Source: Chlorobiota bacterium
GTDB taxonomy: Bacteria; Bacteroidota; Ignavibacteria; Kapaibacteriales; UBA2268
DNA length: 64,000 nt
Reading direction: 5' to 3'
Assembly (NCBI GenBank): GCA_041596515.1
Contig: JBFHIJ010000007.1
Span: 17,626-81,625, forward strand
The notes below the pieces were generated by a model that ran no database searches, was not told the origin of the DNA, and saw nothing but the letters and a program-made list of their open reading frames with translations. A program made the translations under genes and the position numbers. Each line of letters opens with the position of its first letter. The first letter of the stretch is position 1. Below, piece after piece: positions 17,929 to 27,831 of this stretch.

Positions 17929-18675
17929 ATGAATATTTTGGTATGTATATCAAGAGTACCGGACACAGCTACGAGAGTAGCAATTGGTGCAGACAAAAAA
18001 AATATTGATTCAAAAGGCGTTAAATATATAGTTAACCCTTATGATGAGTTTGCTATAGAAGAAGCTTTACAGTTAAAGCAAAAAAATGCTGGCACTGTAA
18101 CAGCTCTTACAATAGGAACCGACCAAGCAGTAGACATATTGAGAACTGCATTGGCTATGGGTGTAGATAAAGCCATTTTAGTAAAAGGTGACACTACAAA
18201 AGATTCTAACTACATAGCTGAAAACCTTGCTAATATAGCAAAAGAAATCAACCCAGACCTTATACTAATGGGTAAACAAAGCGTTGATTTTGATTCCTTA
18301 CAAATGCCTTCGATGTTAGCAGAAATGTTAGATATGCCATCTATTTCTGTTGTTTCTAAGCTGGATATAGACGGCGATAAGGTTACTGCCGAAAGAGATA
18401 TCGAAGGTGGTAAAGAAATAGTAGAGACTACTCTCCCATGCATCATTAGTGCTCAGAAAGGCTTGAACGAACCTCGCTATCCTAAACTTCCGGATATTAT
18501 GAAAGCTAAATCTAAACCTATCGAACAAAAAGATGCGGTTGAGACAGAGCAAAGAGTTAATATCCTGTCTATGGTATTGCCTGAAAAACAACGTGTTGGT
18601 AAAATATTAACTGACAGCGATGCAGATATTGCAGAATTGGTTCGTTTGTTACGCGAAGAAGCAAAAGTTATTTAA
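17929..18675 (+). CDS. etfB: electron transfer flavoprotein beta subunit
   Basis: 248 aa. MNILVCISRVPDTATRV...VNPYDEFAIEEAL is the canonical EtfB N-terminus. etfA follows. Confidence 0.9.
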   Translation: MNILVCISRVPDTATRVAIGADKKNIDSKGVKYIVNPYDEFAIEEALQLKQKNAGTVTALTIGTDQAVDILRTALAMGVDKAILVKGDTTKDSNYIAENLANIAKEINPDLILMGKQSVDFDSLQMPSMLAEMLDMPSISVVSKLDIDGDKVTAERDIEGGKEIVETTLPCIISAQKGLNEPRYPKLPDIMKAKSKPIEQKDAVETEQRVNILSMVLPEKQRVGKILTDSDADIAELVRLLREEAKVI

Positions 18676-18700
18676 TAGCGAAATAATGGGAGAAATATAC

Positions 18701-19636
18701 ATGAAAGTTTTAGTTTACTTAGAAGCTCAAGGAGCTGAACTCAAGAGAGTATCTTATGAGATGATTACAGCAGCTCGTACTATTTCAAATGAAGTTGTGG
18801 GTGTAATAGCAAATACTGATGATTCTGCTATTAAAACAGCCGGTGAATACGGCTTATCCAAAGTTGTTAAATTGGAAGACCCTTTTTATACTAATCACTC
18901 TTCATCTGCTCTTGCAGCCGGATTTGCTCAGGTAGCAGAAAAAGAGTCTTGCAATGTTGCTATTTTTCCTGCTAATGCAGCAGGCCTTGAGATAGCTCCC
19001 AGAGTATCTGTCAAATGCAAAGCAGGCTATATATCAGATGTCGTTGCTTTAGGCAATGATTTGGTTGCTAAAAAACCTGTTTACGCAGGAAAATCTATGA
19101 TTCAAGTCAGCATTGACACTGATTTTAAAGTATTCTCTTTACGTCCTAATGTTTTCACTGCTGTGAAATCCAATGCAACGGATGTCGCATTAGAATCATT
19201 TGCTCCTACTTTGACTGCTAAAGATAAATCAGTCAAAGTAACAAAATTAGCTAAAAACGAAGGCAAATTAGACGTTTCAGAAGCAGACAGAATAGTTTCG
19301 GGTGGTCGTGGACTTAAAGAAGCTGTAAACTTTAAACTTATTGAAGATTTGGCAGACAAATTAGGTGCTGCAGTTGGTGCTTCTCGTGCAATAGTAGATG
19401 CAGGCTGGAGACCACATAACGAACAAGTTGGTCAAACTGGCAAAACAGTTTCTCCTACTTTGTATGTAGCATGTGCCATTTCCGGAGCAGTGCAACACTT
19501 AGCAGGTATGTCTAGCTCAAAAGTTATTGTTGCAATAAATAAAGATAAAGATGCTCCAATTTTCAAAGTAGCAGACTACGGTATAGTGGGCGATGTATTT
19601 GAGGTTTTACCAAAGTTAACTGAAAAATTAGGTTAA
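18701..19636 (+). CDS. etfA: electron transfer flavoprotein alpha subunit
   Basis: Start placed at the ATG at 18701 (MKVLVYLE), after gggaga. The track ORF start at 18620 would overlap etfB. The FAD-binding C-terminal domain is present: SGGRGL...RAIVDAGW...[29 protein letters not shown]. Confidence 0.9.
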   Translation: MKVLVYLEAQGAELKRVSYEMITAARTISNEVVGVIANTDDSAIKTAGEYGLSKVVKLEDPFYTNHSSSALAAGFAQVAEKESCNVAIFPANAAGLEIAPRVSVKCKAGYISDVVALGNDLVAKKPVYAGKSMIQVSIDTDFKVFSLRPNVFTAVKSNATDVALESFAPTLTAKDKSVKVTKLAKNEGKLDVSEADRIVSGGRGLKEAVNFKLIEDLADKLGAAVGASRAIVDAGWRPHNEQVGQTGKTVSPTLYVACAISGAVQHLAGMSSSKVIVAINKDKDAPIFKVADYGIVGDVFEVLPKLTEKLG

Positions 19637-19676
19637 ACTTTTATCTGCAATATTTATATTTGAATAAAGTCTTTGG

Positions 19677-19710
19677 AAACAGGAGCATTGCGATGCTCCT
19701 GTTTATTTTC
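19677..19710 (+). terminator. intrinsic terminator after etfA
   Basis: Stem aaacaggagcat / atgctcctgttt with a tgcg loop and a T-rich tail. Confidence 0.7.
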
Positions 19711-19734
19711 TGTAACAAATGAAAAGTAGTAAAC

Positions 19735-20334
19735 ATGGATGATAAAGTACAAGTTGTAGTTTTAGGATTATCTGCAAGTCCGGCTAGTAATAACGCATAC
19801 GCATTAATTTTGAAGGAATCAGAAGGCGACAGAAGATTACCTATTATCATTGGTGCTTTCGAAGCTCAGGCAATAGCCCTTGAAATGGAAGGAGTAGTAC
19901 CACCACGACCTATGACTCATGATTTGTTAAAAAAAATTATTGAAGCATTTGGCGGAAGTTTGAGTGAAGTGCATATAAATGATTTAAAAGAAGGAACCTT
20001 CTTTGCTACTTTAAGATTTGAACTTATGGATTTGAGCATAGATGCTCGCCCGAGTGATGCGATAGCATTAGCTGTTCGTTTTAGTGCCCCTATTTTTGTA
20101 AATAGAGATATTTTAGAGGAAACTGGGCATTTACCTGACGGTGCAGAGGATTCCGAAAATGGTGATGATGATACATTAGAAGCTTCGGGTGTAGAATTTA
20201 CCAAAGAGCCGGCAAAAAAGGAATCCCCATTAGAAGCTTTAAATAGTAAACTTGAAAAAGCTGTAGAAGATGAAGATTATGAAACTGCTGCAAAATATCG
20301 CGACGAAATAAAAAAACTTTTGGATAATCAATAA
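19735..20334 (+). CDS. bifunctional nuclease (BFN/DUF151) family protein with C-terminal UVR motif
   Basis: 199 aa. RRLPIIIGAFEAQAIA...PRPMTHDLL...DARPSDAIALAVRFSAPIFV matches the BFN core. The C-terminal EDYETAAKYRDEIKKL is a UvrB/C-type UVR motif. Confidence 0.75.
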   Translation: MDDKVQVVVLGLSASPASNNAYALILKESEGDRRLPIIIGAFEAQAIALEMEGVVPPRPMTHDLLKKIIEAFGGSLSEVHINDLKEGTFFATLRFELMDLSIDARPSDAIALAVRFSAPIFVNRDILEETGHLPDGAEDSENGDDDTLEASGVEFTKEPAKKESPLEALNSKLEKAVEDEDYETAAKYRDEIKKLLDNQ

Positions 20335-20364
20335 GTATCTATTATATTTGTACTCTCTTTTGGA

Positions 20365-20438
20365 GCCGGGGTAGCTCAGTTGGTTAGAGCATCGGAATCA
20401 TAATCCGAGTGTCGGGGGTTCAAATCCCTCCCCCGGTA
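20365..20438 (+). tRNA. tRNA with CAT anticodon (elongator Met, or Ile2 if lysidine-modified)
   Basis: Hand-folded cloverleaf. Acceptor gccgggg/ccccggt, U8, D arm gctc-agttggttag-gagc, anticodon stem tcgga/tccga, loop atCATaa, T arm ggggg-ttcaaat-ccctc, discriminator A. CCA is not encoded. The anticodon stem lacks the three G-C pairs of initiator tRNA. Confidence 0.85.
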
Positions 20439-20452
20439 CAATTAAAATATTG

Positions 20453-20487
20453 AAAGCTTTGCATTAGTTTGCAGAGCTTTTTTTTTG
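20453..20487 (+). terminator. intrinsic terminator after tRNA
   Basis: 11-bp stem aaagctttgca / tgcagagcttt (one G-U pair) followed by T9. Confidence 0.65.
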
Positions 20488-20586
20488 ATTATATCCTTCT
20501 TTTTTTATAATTAAATATCCAAGAGATATTTTACTAAATTACATCTCTATAGTAATGATAAATATAAATATATATAAAGGAAAATA

Positions 20587-22104
20587 ATGATGAAAAAAGC
20601 ACTTCTCATGATTTTAGATGGCTGGGGCATCGGGGATAAATCTAAATCAGATGCTATTTATAATGGTGTCACTCCTTACTGGAATAGATTAGTTCAAAAC
20701 TCCCCACATTCTCAACTTTTAACTAGTGGTGAAAATGTTGGCTTGCCTGATGGCCAGATGGGTAACTCTGAAGTTGGACATTTAAATATTGGTGCCGGTA
20801 GGATTATTTATCAGGATTTAGTAAAAATAAACAAAGCCATTCAAGATAAAACATTTTTTGAAAATACAGAACTTAAAGCTGCTTTTAACTACGCTAAAGA
20901 AAATGGCAAAAAAGTACATCTATTAGGACTGCTTTCTGATGGTGGTGTTCACTCTTCTAACGAACACTTGTATGCTTTATGTGACATGGCTCAATCTATG
21001 GAGTTTGAAGACCTATATATTCATGCACTTATGGATGGTAGGGATTGTGACCCCAAAAGTGGAATGGGCTTTATGGTTGAGCTTCAGACGCATTTAAAAT
21101 CATCAGCTGGCACTATAGCTTCCGTATGTGGCAGATATTATACTATGGATAGGGATAAACGCTGGGATAGAGTAAAACTAGGCTATGAGTTGCTTGTTCA
21201 TGGTGAAGGTGACAAATACTCAGATCCTGTAAAAGCTATTTCAAACTCTTATGCTAAAGATATAACTGATGAATTTATCAAACCTATTGTGATCTCTGAC
21301 GAAAATGGTAAACCTACTGCAACATTAGAAAAGGACGACGTGGTAATTTGCTTCAATTTCCGTACTGATAGACTTAGAGAAATTAGCACAGTATTATCAC
21401 AACAAGACATGTCTGATTTCGAAATGAAGGCTTTGGATTTATACTACGTCACAATGACTCGCTACGACGATACTTTTAAAAATGTCAAAATCGCTTATGA
21501 TAAAGACAATGTATCGATGACTTTAGGTGAGGTAATCTCTAAAGCCGGCAAAAAGCAAATCAGAATTGCTGAAACTGAGAAATACGCACATGTGACATTT
21601 TTCTTTAGTGGTGGTCGTGAAAAAGAATTTGAAAACGAGAAGCGAATTCTGATTCCATCTCCGAAAGTAGCAACTTATGATTTGCAACCTGAAATGAGTG
21701 CATTCCTTGTCAGAGATGCTATTGTAGAAGAACTTAATAAACAAGAGACTGACTTTGTCTGTCTTAATTTTGCGAATGGCGATATGGTAGGTCATACAGG
21801 AATTATGCCTGCTATTTTAACAGCTGTTAACACTATTGATCAATGTTTGGAATCAGTAGTGGAAGCAGCAAAGTCAAATGGCTATTCTGTAGTAATTATT
21901 GCTGACCATGGAAACGCAGACCATGCTGTTAACCATGACGGTAGCCCAAACACGGCTCACTCGTTAAACCCAGTGCCTATAGTTGTCATAGATTCTAATG
22001 TTACAAAAGTTGAACCCGGAGTATTAGCAGATGTAGCTCCTACTATTCTAAGCATTATGGGATTAGAAATTCCAAAAGAAATGACAGGTAAGGTATTAGT
22101 CTAG
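20587..22104 (+). CDS. gpmI: 2,3-bisphosphoglycerate-independent phosphoglycerate mutase
   Basis: 505 aa with [22 protein letters not shown], and metal-binding DHGNA and H residues at the C-terminus. Confidence 0.95.
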   Translation: MMKKALLMILDGWGIGDKSKSDAIYNGVTPYWNRLVQNSPHSQLLTSGENVGLPDGQMGNSEVGHLNIGAGRIIYQDLVKINKAIQDKTFFENTELKAAFNYAKENGKKVHLLGLLSDGGVHSSNEHLYALCDMAQSMEFEDLYIHALMDGRDCDPKSGMGFMVELQTHLKSSAGTIASVCGRYYTMDRDKRWDRVKLGYELLVHGEGDKYSDPVKAISNSYAKDITDEFIKPIVISDENGKPTATLEKDDVVICFNFRTDRLREISTVLSQQDMSDFEMKALDLYYVTMTRYDDTFKNVKIAYDKDNVSMTLGEVISKAGKKQIRIAETEKYAHVTFFFSGGREKEFENEKRILIPSPKVATYDLQPEMSAFLVRDAIVEELNKQETDFVCLNFANGDMVGHTGIMPAILTAVNTIDQCLESVVEAAKSNGYSVVIIADHGNADHAVNHDGSPNTAHSLNPVPIVVIDSNVTKVEPGVLADVAPTILSIMGLEIPKEMTGKVLV

Positions 22105-22170
22105 AAATTAATATTTTGTATTGTTTCTAACTTTTTCTCTTCTGAGTCGTATAATCTAAAAACAATCATA

Positions 22171-22407
22171 ATGTATAGATTTATGAAAAGATTATATTAC
22201 ATAAGTGCTGGCCTTGCTTTTAGTCTTTTATGGATATTATTAGTACTAAATTTAGTTGATGGTCAGAAGGAAGTTGAAATGGATGAATGGATGATTTTAG
22301 CAACCGGCTTCATCGGCTTATTTATGGCAGTTTCGATGAGTGTCGCTTTTGAGAAACTACAAAAAGTCCGAGTAAGAAATAATAGAAATTATTTAAAACG
22401 TAAATAA
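22171..22407 (+). CDS. small two-TM membrane protein, hypothetical
   Basis: 78 aa with two hydrophobic helices and a basic tail. A terminator follows. No family recognised. Confidence 0.45.
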   Translation: MYRFMKRLYYISAGLAFSLLWILLVLNLVDGQKEVEMDEWMILATGFIGLFMAVSMSVAFEKLQKVRVRNNRNYLKRK

Positions 22408-22411
22408 TCAT

Positions 22412-22451
22412 AAAGCATCGAAATAATTCTAATTAATTCGATGCTTTTTTT
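22412..22451. terminator. bidirectional intrinsic terminator
   Basis: Stem aaagcatcgaa / ttcgatgcttt followed by T7. It sits between convergent genes. Confidence 0.65.
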
Positions 22452-22475
22452 GATAGCCACATTCAAAATTATTGC

Positions 22476-24356
22476 CTATTCAACAATTATTTTCTGTCCA
22501 ATAAATATATTACCGTTGCTTATCTTAATAAAATAAATACCACTCGCTAGATTTAAATCTAAGTTCAAACTTTGATGACCAGACTGCAATGTTTTTGCCA
22601 AGCCAAATACTTGTTTGCCTTCAACAGTATAAATCTCAAAGTTATATGTACCAGCATTTTTTAAAGTCATATTTACTATTGCACTAGAAGTAATAGGCAT
22701 AGGAGAAATCGACTCTATAATAATATCGCTATTAAGGCTACCAAATATTCCTTTCTCTTCTACTCCGCTCAATGGCTCTTTAGCAAACATTAAGTTTACA
22801 TTGCCATCATTACTTCTTCCATCACCCCATATGGGCATAAAGTAGGTATCTGTTATTATAATTTGGTTGTATTCGCCTATTCCGAAGTTATTATTCGTTT
22901 GACCAATTTTTGTAAAATCAGAAGGTAAATTTGTCACAGCTTTACTCTGATCAAAAGTAGACCCTCCGTCCTCTGAAAATGTATAATAGTAATGTGCATT
23001 GATATTATTAAAATCATCTCTTCTGTCATACCAAGCTATAGCATAAGTGCCATTAGGGCTTACCATATGAGCAGAGTAGAACTGATCTGAAGATAGATTA
23101 TCTGTATTATCATTTAAAATAATAGGATCAGACCATGAACCACCACTATTTGTTGATTTTGAGAAATAAATATCTAAACCTGTATTCGTATTACTGTTGA
23201 CACCTTTAGCAGTCCATGTAGCATACAAGAATCCGTCATATTCTCCACCGGATTTGTCGATAGCTATGTTAGGTGCAGGGTATAATCTTGAAAGTCCTGT
23301 CGGTTTGGATAAGCCTTGCTGTTCATCTATAGCAAGCTGCGTTGGGTCAGTGCCAAAGAAGTTAGATATTTTAGTTACTTTAGCGATAGATTGACCACCG
23401 TCTTTAGACACGGCGTGATACATAGCAGCCAGTCCGCCTGATTCTCCATAAAACATAATATGTACCCATCCACGGCTGTCTACATCCAAACTACCAAACT
23501 GCACAATCCCAATACCCAAAGGAGAAATTCTAATAGGTTCATAATTAAAGTTACGCTTACCTGCTTCTTTTGTAAACAGTTGCATAACATAACCTTCATT
23601 CTCATTAATTGTAACCAAAGATGCATATACGTTGTTTCTATATTGAAAGTTGCTCAAATCAGCAGCAAGCCATTGTTTATCATGAAATTTGGACATTACC
23701 GGCTGACCTCCGTTGAATGGAGTTGCACCTCTGGCATTACCTATAATTGGATCGTCATCAGCTTTAAAAGTAACTCCCCCATCAGTAGAATATGCCCAAA
23801 ATACACCCCAATATACAGAATCTATTGTTCCGCCTTTTATCTCTCCATATAAATAAATCCAAGAAAAATATAGAGTTCCTTCTGCATCAAACGTAAACAT
23901 AGGATCCCCACCACCCAATGGAAAACCATTATCACTTAAAGTAAATGTTTCAAACGAGCTTTCATTCCAACTTGCACCAGCATCTTTAGTATAAAAGACA
24001 GGGCAGGTTAGAGAGTTCATCGGATTGTTGGGATTCTGACGTATAGGACTTGCAACAATATTGTCTGAATTACTCGGATTTACGGCAGCATGCACCTCAG
24101 ACTCTGGGTATGCTTTTTGCGATATTATGCCGGTTTCTAAGCTTTGAAGTTTTTCAGTATATTTCTTAGATTTGTTCTTTAAGTAATCCGTTGCCATCTC
24201 TTGGTTTTTTATAATATTATCAATCTGAGATGGCGTCAACCTCATTTTCTCATTCCTATGAAATTCTTTGAGTGCTTGTTTGCCGTCTATTTGAGCTGAA
24301 GCAGTAATAGCAAGCCCCAAACACATCGCTAAAACTAATACAAACATTCTTTTCAT
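22476..24356 (-). CDS. secreted BNR/Asp-box repeat (sialidase-like beta-propeller) protein with T9SS C-terminal sorting domain
   Basis: 626 aa with a signal peptide and five Asp-box-like motifs (TKDAGASW, YSTDGGVTF, VSKDGGQS, KSTNSGGSW, FSEDGGSTF). The C-terminal ~80 aa (FEIYTVEGKQV...ASGIYFIKISNGN...QKIIVE) has the Por/T9SS type A CTD pattern. Confidence 0.8.
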   Translation of the reverse strand: MKRMFVLVLAMCLGLAITASAQIDGKQALKEFHRNEKMRLTPSQIDNIIKNQEMATDYLKNKSKKYTEKLQSLETGIISQKAYPESEVHAAVNPSNSDNIVASPIRQNPNNPMNSLTCPVFYTKDAGASWNESSFETFTLSDNGFPLGGGDPMFTFDAEGTLYFSWIYLYGEIKGGTIDSVYWGVFWAYSTDGGVTFKADDDPIIGNARGATPFNGGQPVMSKFHDKQWLAADLSNFQYRNNVYASLVTINENEGYVMQLFTKEAGKRNFNYEPIRISPLGIGIVQFGSLDVDSRGWVHIMFYGESGGLAAMYHAVSKDGGQSIAKVTKISNFFGTDPTQLAIDEQQGLSKPTGLSRLYPAPNIAIDKSGGEYDGFLYATWTAKGVNSNTNTGLDIYFSKSTNSGGSWSDPIILNDNTDNLSSDQFYSAHMVSPNGTYAIAWYDRRDDFNNINAHYYYTFSEDGGSTFDQSKAVTNLPSDFTKIGQTNNNFGIGEYNQIIITDTYFMPIWGDGRSNDGNVNLMFAKEPLSGVEEKGIFGSLNSDIIIESISPMPITSSAIVNMTLKNAGTYNFEIYTVEGKQVFGLAKTLQSGHQSLNLDLNLASGIYFIKISNGNIFIGQKIIVE

Positions 24357-24546
24357 TTTTATACTCCTGTTAAAATAAAATTGTATTTAAGTAGTAAGTG
24401 TTTGAACATCACAATAAGTTGCATATATTTATATTACTGGCACGAAAATAGATTTATGTTACGATAGATAATCTCTATTAACCTTACTTTTTGTAAGTAC
24501 TATAGAATATTTAGTCCTTATTTATATATTCATACTATATTCAATC

Positions 24547-25236
24547 ATGAAAAATAAAGATATTTGGTGGATATTAGCCTTAACGATTATAACTATAATT
24601 GCTTGGCAGTTCAATGAAAGTAGAACTATTTTACTACCTTTTACTGTACTTGGTACATGGTTCCATGAGATGGCTCATGGATTTATGGCATTTGCTCTAG
24701 GTGCCAATTTCCACAGTTTAGAATTATTTCCGGACGGCTCGGGAATTGCAAGTTACAGTGGAAGTCTTTATCTTGGAAATCTCGGTAAAGCATTAGTTGC
24801 GGCAGCCGGTCCATTTGGCCCTACTATCGCAGCAAGTATATTCCTTGTATCATCAAAAAATAAGGACGCCACAAAAATATTATTATGGATTATCAGTGCT
24901 GTTCTCATGATTTCCGCTATAATCTGGATAAGATCTATGTACGGCCTGATTATCATCCCGGTTTTTTCCTTAGTCTTTGGATTTATAGCCTTAAAAGCTA
25001 AACAGAAAATACAAAAATTCAGTTTGCAGTTCCTTGCAGTGCAGGCAGCAGCAAGTGTATATTTAAGTATATCTTATCTGTTTTCTGAGCATGCAGAAAT
25101 GGAAGTTGGACAATTTGCATCCGATACAGCAATAATTGCAGAAAACTTGTTCCTACCATACTGGGTATGGGGATTTTTGATACTACTTTTCTCTGTAGTT
25201 ATGATAGGAGAAAGTTTGAAATATTTATCAAAGTAA
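24547..25236 (+). CDS. M50B-like integral membrane metallopeptidase
   Basis: 229 aa and polytopic. The HExxH motif lies in a membrane helix (WFHEMAHGFMA), as in peptidase M50B-like proteins. Confidence 0.6.
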   Translation: MKNKDIWWILALTIITIIAWQFNESRTILLPFTVLGTWFHEMAHGFMAFALGANFHSLELFPDGSGIASYSGSLYLGNLGKALVAAAGPFGPTIAASIFLVSSKNKDATKILLWIISAVLMISAIIWIRSMYGLIIIPVFSLVFGFIALKAKQKIQKFSLQFLAVQAAASVYLSISYLFSEHAEMEVGQFASDTAIIAENLFLPYWVWGFLILLFSVVMIGESLKYLSK

Positions 25237-25237
25237 T

Positions 25238-26452
25238 TTACTTGAAAATAATTTTTAGTATAGAAAAATCATCTTCTAAATTAGAGCTTCCGTTAACATT
25301 TACTTGATGTCTATACAGCTCTTGTAGCTCATCTTTTCCTGCATCATTGTTTTCTTTTAAAAAGAGATGCAATGACTCCACGTCCCATGGGACTCTATCT
25401 GTTTTGAATACCTCGTAGGTACCATCAGAGAAAATATAAAGCTTAGCTCCTTTTTTAACTTCTACTTCTTCTTCTGCATATCCCATAATAGCTTCTGCAC
25501 CTATTACATAATTCCTTGTGAAAAGACTTACAGCATCATCTGTACTATTAAGTAGCAATGCAGGTGGATGACCAGCTGAGGCGTATTTCATCTTGTGATT
25601 TTTTTTGTTATATACTCCATACCACATTGTAAAGTAAATATTATTGTGGTTCCTCATTTGGTATACTTGATTTAGATTAGAAATAACAGACTTAGGGCTG
25701 GTAAAATCTGTATCAGGTAGGATCTGACTTCTCAGATTATTTAACACAGAAACAGAATGCAATGCCGGACCTACTCCATGACCGCATACATCTAATAAAT
25801 ACATTGCAAGATTATCATCGTCAACCCAATGAAAACCAAAAGAATCACCACCTAATGTGGTTGCAGGAATAAACATCCAATCTGACTTTATTAAAGTATT
25901 ATCAACTTTATTTGGCAAAAGTGATTCTATATATTCAGAAGCTATTCTTAAATCTTCTTCTAATGTATTTAAGAGAGTTTGCTTTTCGTTATTGATTGCA
26001 GAAAGTTGTTGATTAAGCTTTGTCATTTGAATTGCATGTAATTTACTTTCATCTCTGCTTCTTTTCAAATCTATATGAGTTTTAACTCTAACTAATAGCT
26101 CTTCTCGGTTGAAAGGTTTAGTTAGATAGTCTACACCACCAGTTCTAAATGCTTCTACGATATCTTCCGTTTCAGATTTGGCTGTTATAAAAATAATAGG
26201 AATGTCTGCAGTTGCCGGATTTTCTTTTATTCTGCGGCAAGCTTCAAAACCATCCATTTCAGGCATCATTATATCTAGAAGAATCAAATCAGGCTTATCT
26301 GATTTTAAAGATTCTAATGCCTCAAACCCATTGGATACTAACGATATTTCATAATCATTTTCTAATAGTATATTACCAATGACTTTAAGATTTTTTAAAA
26401 TATCGTCTACGACTAAAATATATGGCTTAGTATTAATTTCGGTTTCTAACAT
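25238..26452 (-). CDS. response regulator with PP2C/SpoIIE-type phosphatase output (RsbU-like)
   Basis: Start trimmed to the ATG at 26452 (MLETEINTKPYILVVDD). Receiver motifs DLILLDIMMPEMDG...TKPF are followed by a coiled coil and a PP2C region (GGDSFGFHWVDD...LLDVCGHGV...FSDG). Confidence 0.85.
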   Translation of the reverse strand: MLETEINTKPYILVVDDILKNLKVIGNILLENDYEISLVSNGFEALESLKSDKPDLILLDIMMPEMDGFEACRRIKENPATADIPIIFITAKSETEDIVEAFRTGGVDYLTKPFNREELLVRVKTHIDLKRSRDESKLHAIQMTKLNQQLSAINNEKQTLLNTLEEDLRIASEYIESLLPNKVDNTLIKSDWMFIPATTLGGDSFGFHWVDDDNLAMYLLDVCGHGVGPALHSVSVLNNLRSQILPDTDFTSPKSVISNLNQVYQMRNHNNIYFTMWYGVYNKKNHKMKYASAGHPPALLLNSTDDAVSLFTRNYVIGAEAIMGYAEEEVEVKKGAKLYIFSDGTYEVFKTDRVPWDVESLHLFLKENNDAGKDELQELYRHQVNVNGSSNLEDDFSILKIIFK

Positions 26453-26494
26453 AATAAAATATTGCACGACTGAATAAAATATCAAAATATATAA

Positions 26495-26502
26495 CAAAAA
26501 TA
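26495..26502 (-). promoter_or_regulatory. candidate -7 box (minus strand TATTTTTG) upstream of REC-PP2C gene
   Basis: The plus strand reads caaaaata, the reverse complement of TAnnTTTG, about 43 nt upstream of the ATG at 26452. It lies inside the longer track ORF, which supports the shorter start. Confidence 0.3.
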
Positions 26503-26558
26503 CTAATATTTTCCTTATATTTTAGAATGTATTTAGTATCTAAATTTAAGGATAAACA

Positions 26559-27596
26559 ATGCGAAATATCTATCTGCTAATAATAGCGTTATGTTTTTTA
26601 GACACGAGCTTTGCGTTCGCTCAAAAAAAAATCAAAGACAAAGATGATTTTGACAAAAGTGGGTTAAATATTATGTTCTATTACCAAGATCAATCTTATT
26701 CTTCCTTTTTTGATGGGGATGGGAATAAGTTTGGTCAAATAGATATTGATATAGAGAAAATCAGACAAAAAGTAGATAACGACTCGATCACTATTTTAAA
26801 CCCAGCTAATTGGACATTTGATGTAAATAAAAAACGATTTGGTATTCATGTTGAATATTTCTTTGACAATAACAACATGATATATCTCACTATGCCGTTT
26901 GAAACAAATACTTTGAATCAACAAATCACATATTCACTCATTACAGAAGATGGTTTTAATCAAGATTTGGCAAAAAATGAATTCCCAGAGCAGTCTAAAA
27001 GTTTTATGTCTTACCTTGCTTTAGGTGGCGAATATTTTACTTATAACTCTTTCTTTTTTAATTCCATTTTAGGCGAGATCAGAATTCCCGGTGGCTCTCA
27101 AGACTATATTCCCGGCTCTGAGGTTATGCCGGAAACATATACAGGTGAAAATGGTATAGAAGCCATAAGATATGTACCACCATGGCCGGGTACTAATAAA
27201 GAGTTTTTAAGTGATGGAGCATTTGAATTACATTTAGGTACTTCAGTAGGCTTAAATTTTAAAAAGACGCAGGTTAAATCAACTTTCAAATATCTATTTA
27301 GAAGTGAAGAACTTTCAGATCAACTTTTTCACTCCACAGCCGTATTTATAAAAAGCATGGAGGAAGCCAGTTTGAAAATAGGATATAACTATTTTCATAG
27401 TGTAGATACTCCTCCTTCAGATTACTATTTTGATTATACAAAAACACCTATATACGATAGAACATTAAATGCTGACTTAGGTTTTCAAATTTATTTGAAA
27501 CGGCTAATAATAGATTTAAATATGCAGATACCTATTTGGGGTACTTATTCTTTCTCTAATAGTGTATTTACAATGAAATTAGGATGGCACATATAG
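26559..27596 (+). CDS. hypothetical secreted / outer-membrane protein
   Basis: 345 aa with a signal peptide (MRNIYLLIIALCFLDTSFAFA). It is rich in Tyr/Phe/Asn with alternating beta-strand-like segments. No family recognised. Confidence 0.5.
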   Translation: MRNIYLLIIALCFLDTSFAFAQKKIKDKDDFDKSGLNIMFYYQDQSYSSFFDGDGNKFGQIDIDIEKIRQKVDNDSITILNPANWTFDVNKKRFGIHVEYFFDNNNMIYLTMPFETNTLNQQITYSLITEDGFNQDLAKNEFPEQSKSFMSYLALGGEYFTYNSFFFNSILGEIRIPGGSQDYIPGSEVMPETYTGENGIEAIRYVPPWPGTNKEFLSDGAFELHLGTSVGLNFKKTQVKSTFKYLFRSEELSDQLFHSTAVFIKSMEEASLKIGYNYFHSVDTPPSDYYFDYTKTPIYDRTLNADLGFQIYLKRLIIDLNMQIPIWGTYSFSNSVFTMKLGWHI

Positions 27597-27630
27597 CGAA
27601 TCCTATTCACATGTCTTATTATATTTGATT

Positions 27631-27662
27631 AAAATGCAACATTAAGTTGCATTTTTATTTTG
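27631..27662 (+). terminator. intrinsic terminator after 26559..27596
   Basis: Stem aatgcaac / gttgcatt with loop attaa, then a T-rich tail. Confidence 0.7.
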
Positions 27663-27680
27663 TTTTTACAATTTATATAT

Positions 27681-27688
27681 TATCTTTG
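27681..27688 (+). promoter_or_regulatory. candidate promoter (-33 TTTG at 27659..27662, -7 TATCTTTG) for the rlpA-like gene
   Basis: TAnnTTTG with a TTTG 18 nt upstream, close to the Bacteroidetes sigma-A consensus spacing. It predicts a leader of roughly 135 nt. Confidence 0.35.
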
Positions 27689-27831
27689 CCGTCCATGTAG
27701 TTCGTATTGTCTTCAAATAGAGGTAAATAAATGAAACATAGATACTTATGTTTAATATAGTCTATGTTGCTTTTCGGGTATAAAGCAACTTCGACTATTT
27801 GTTATGTTTCACAATATGAGGTTACCCCCTT

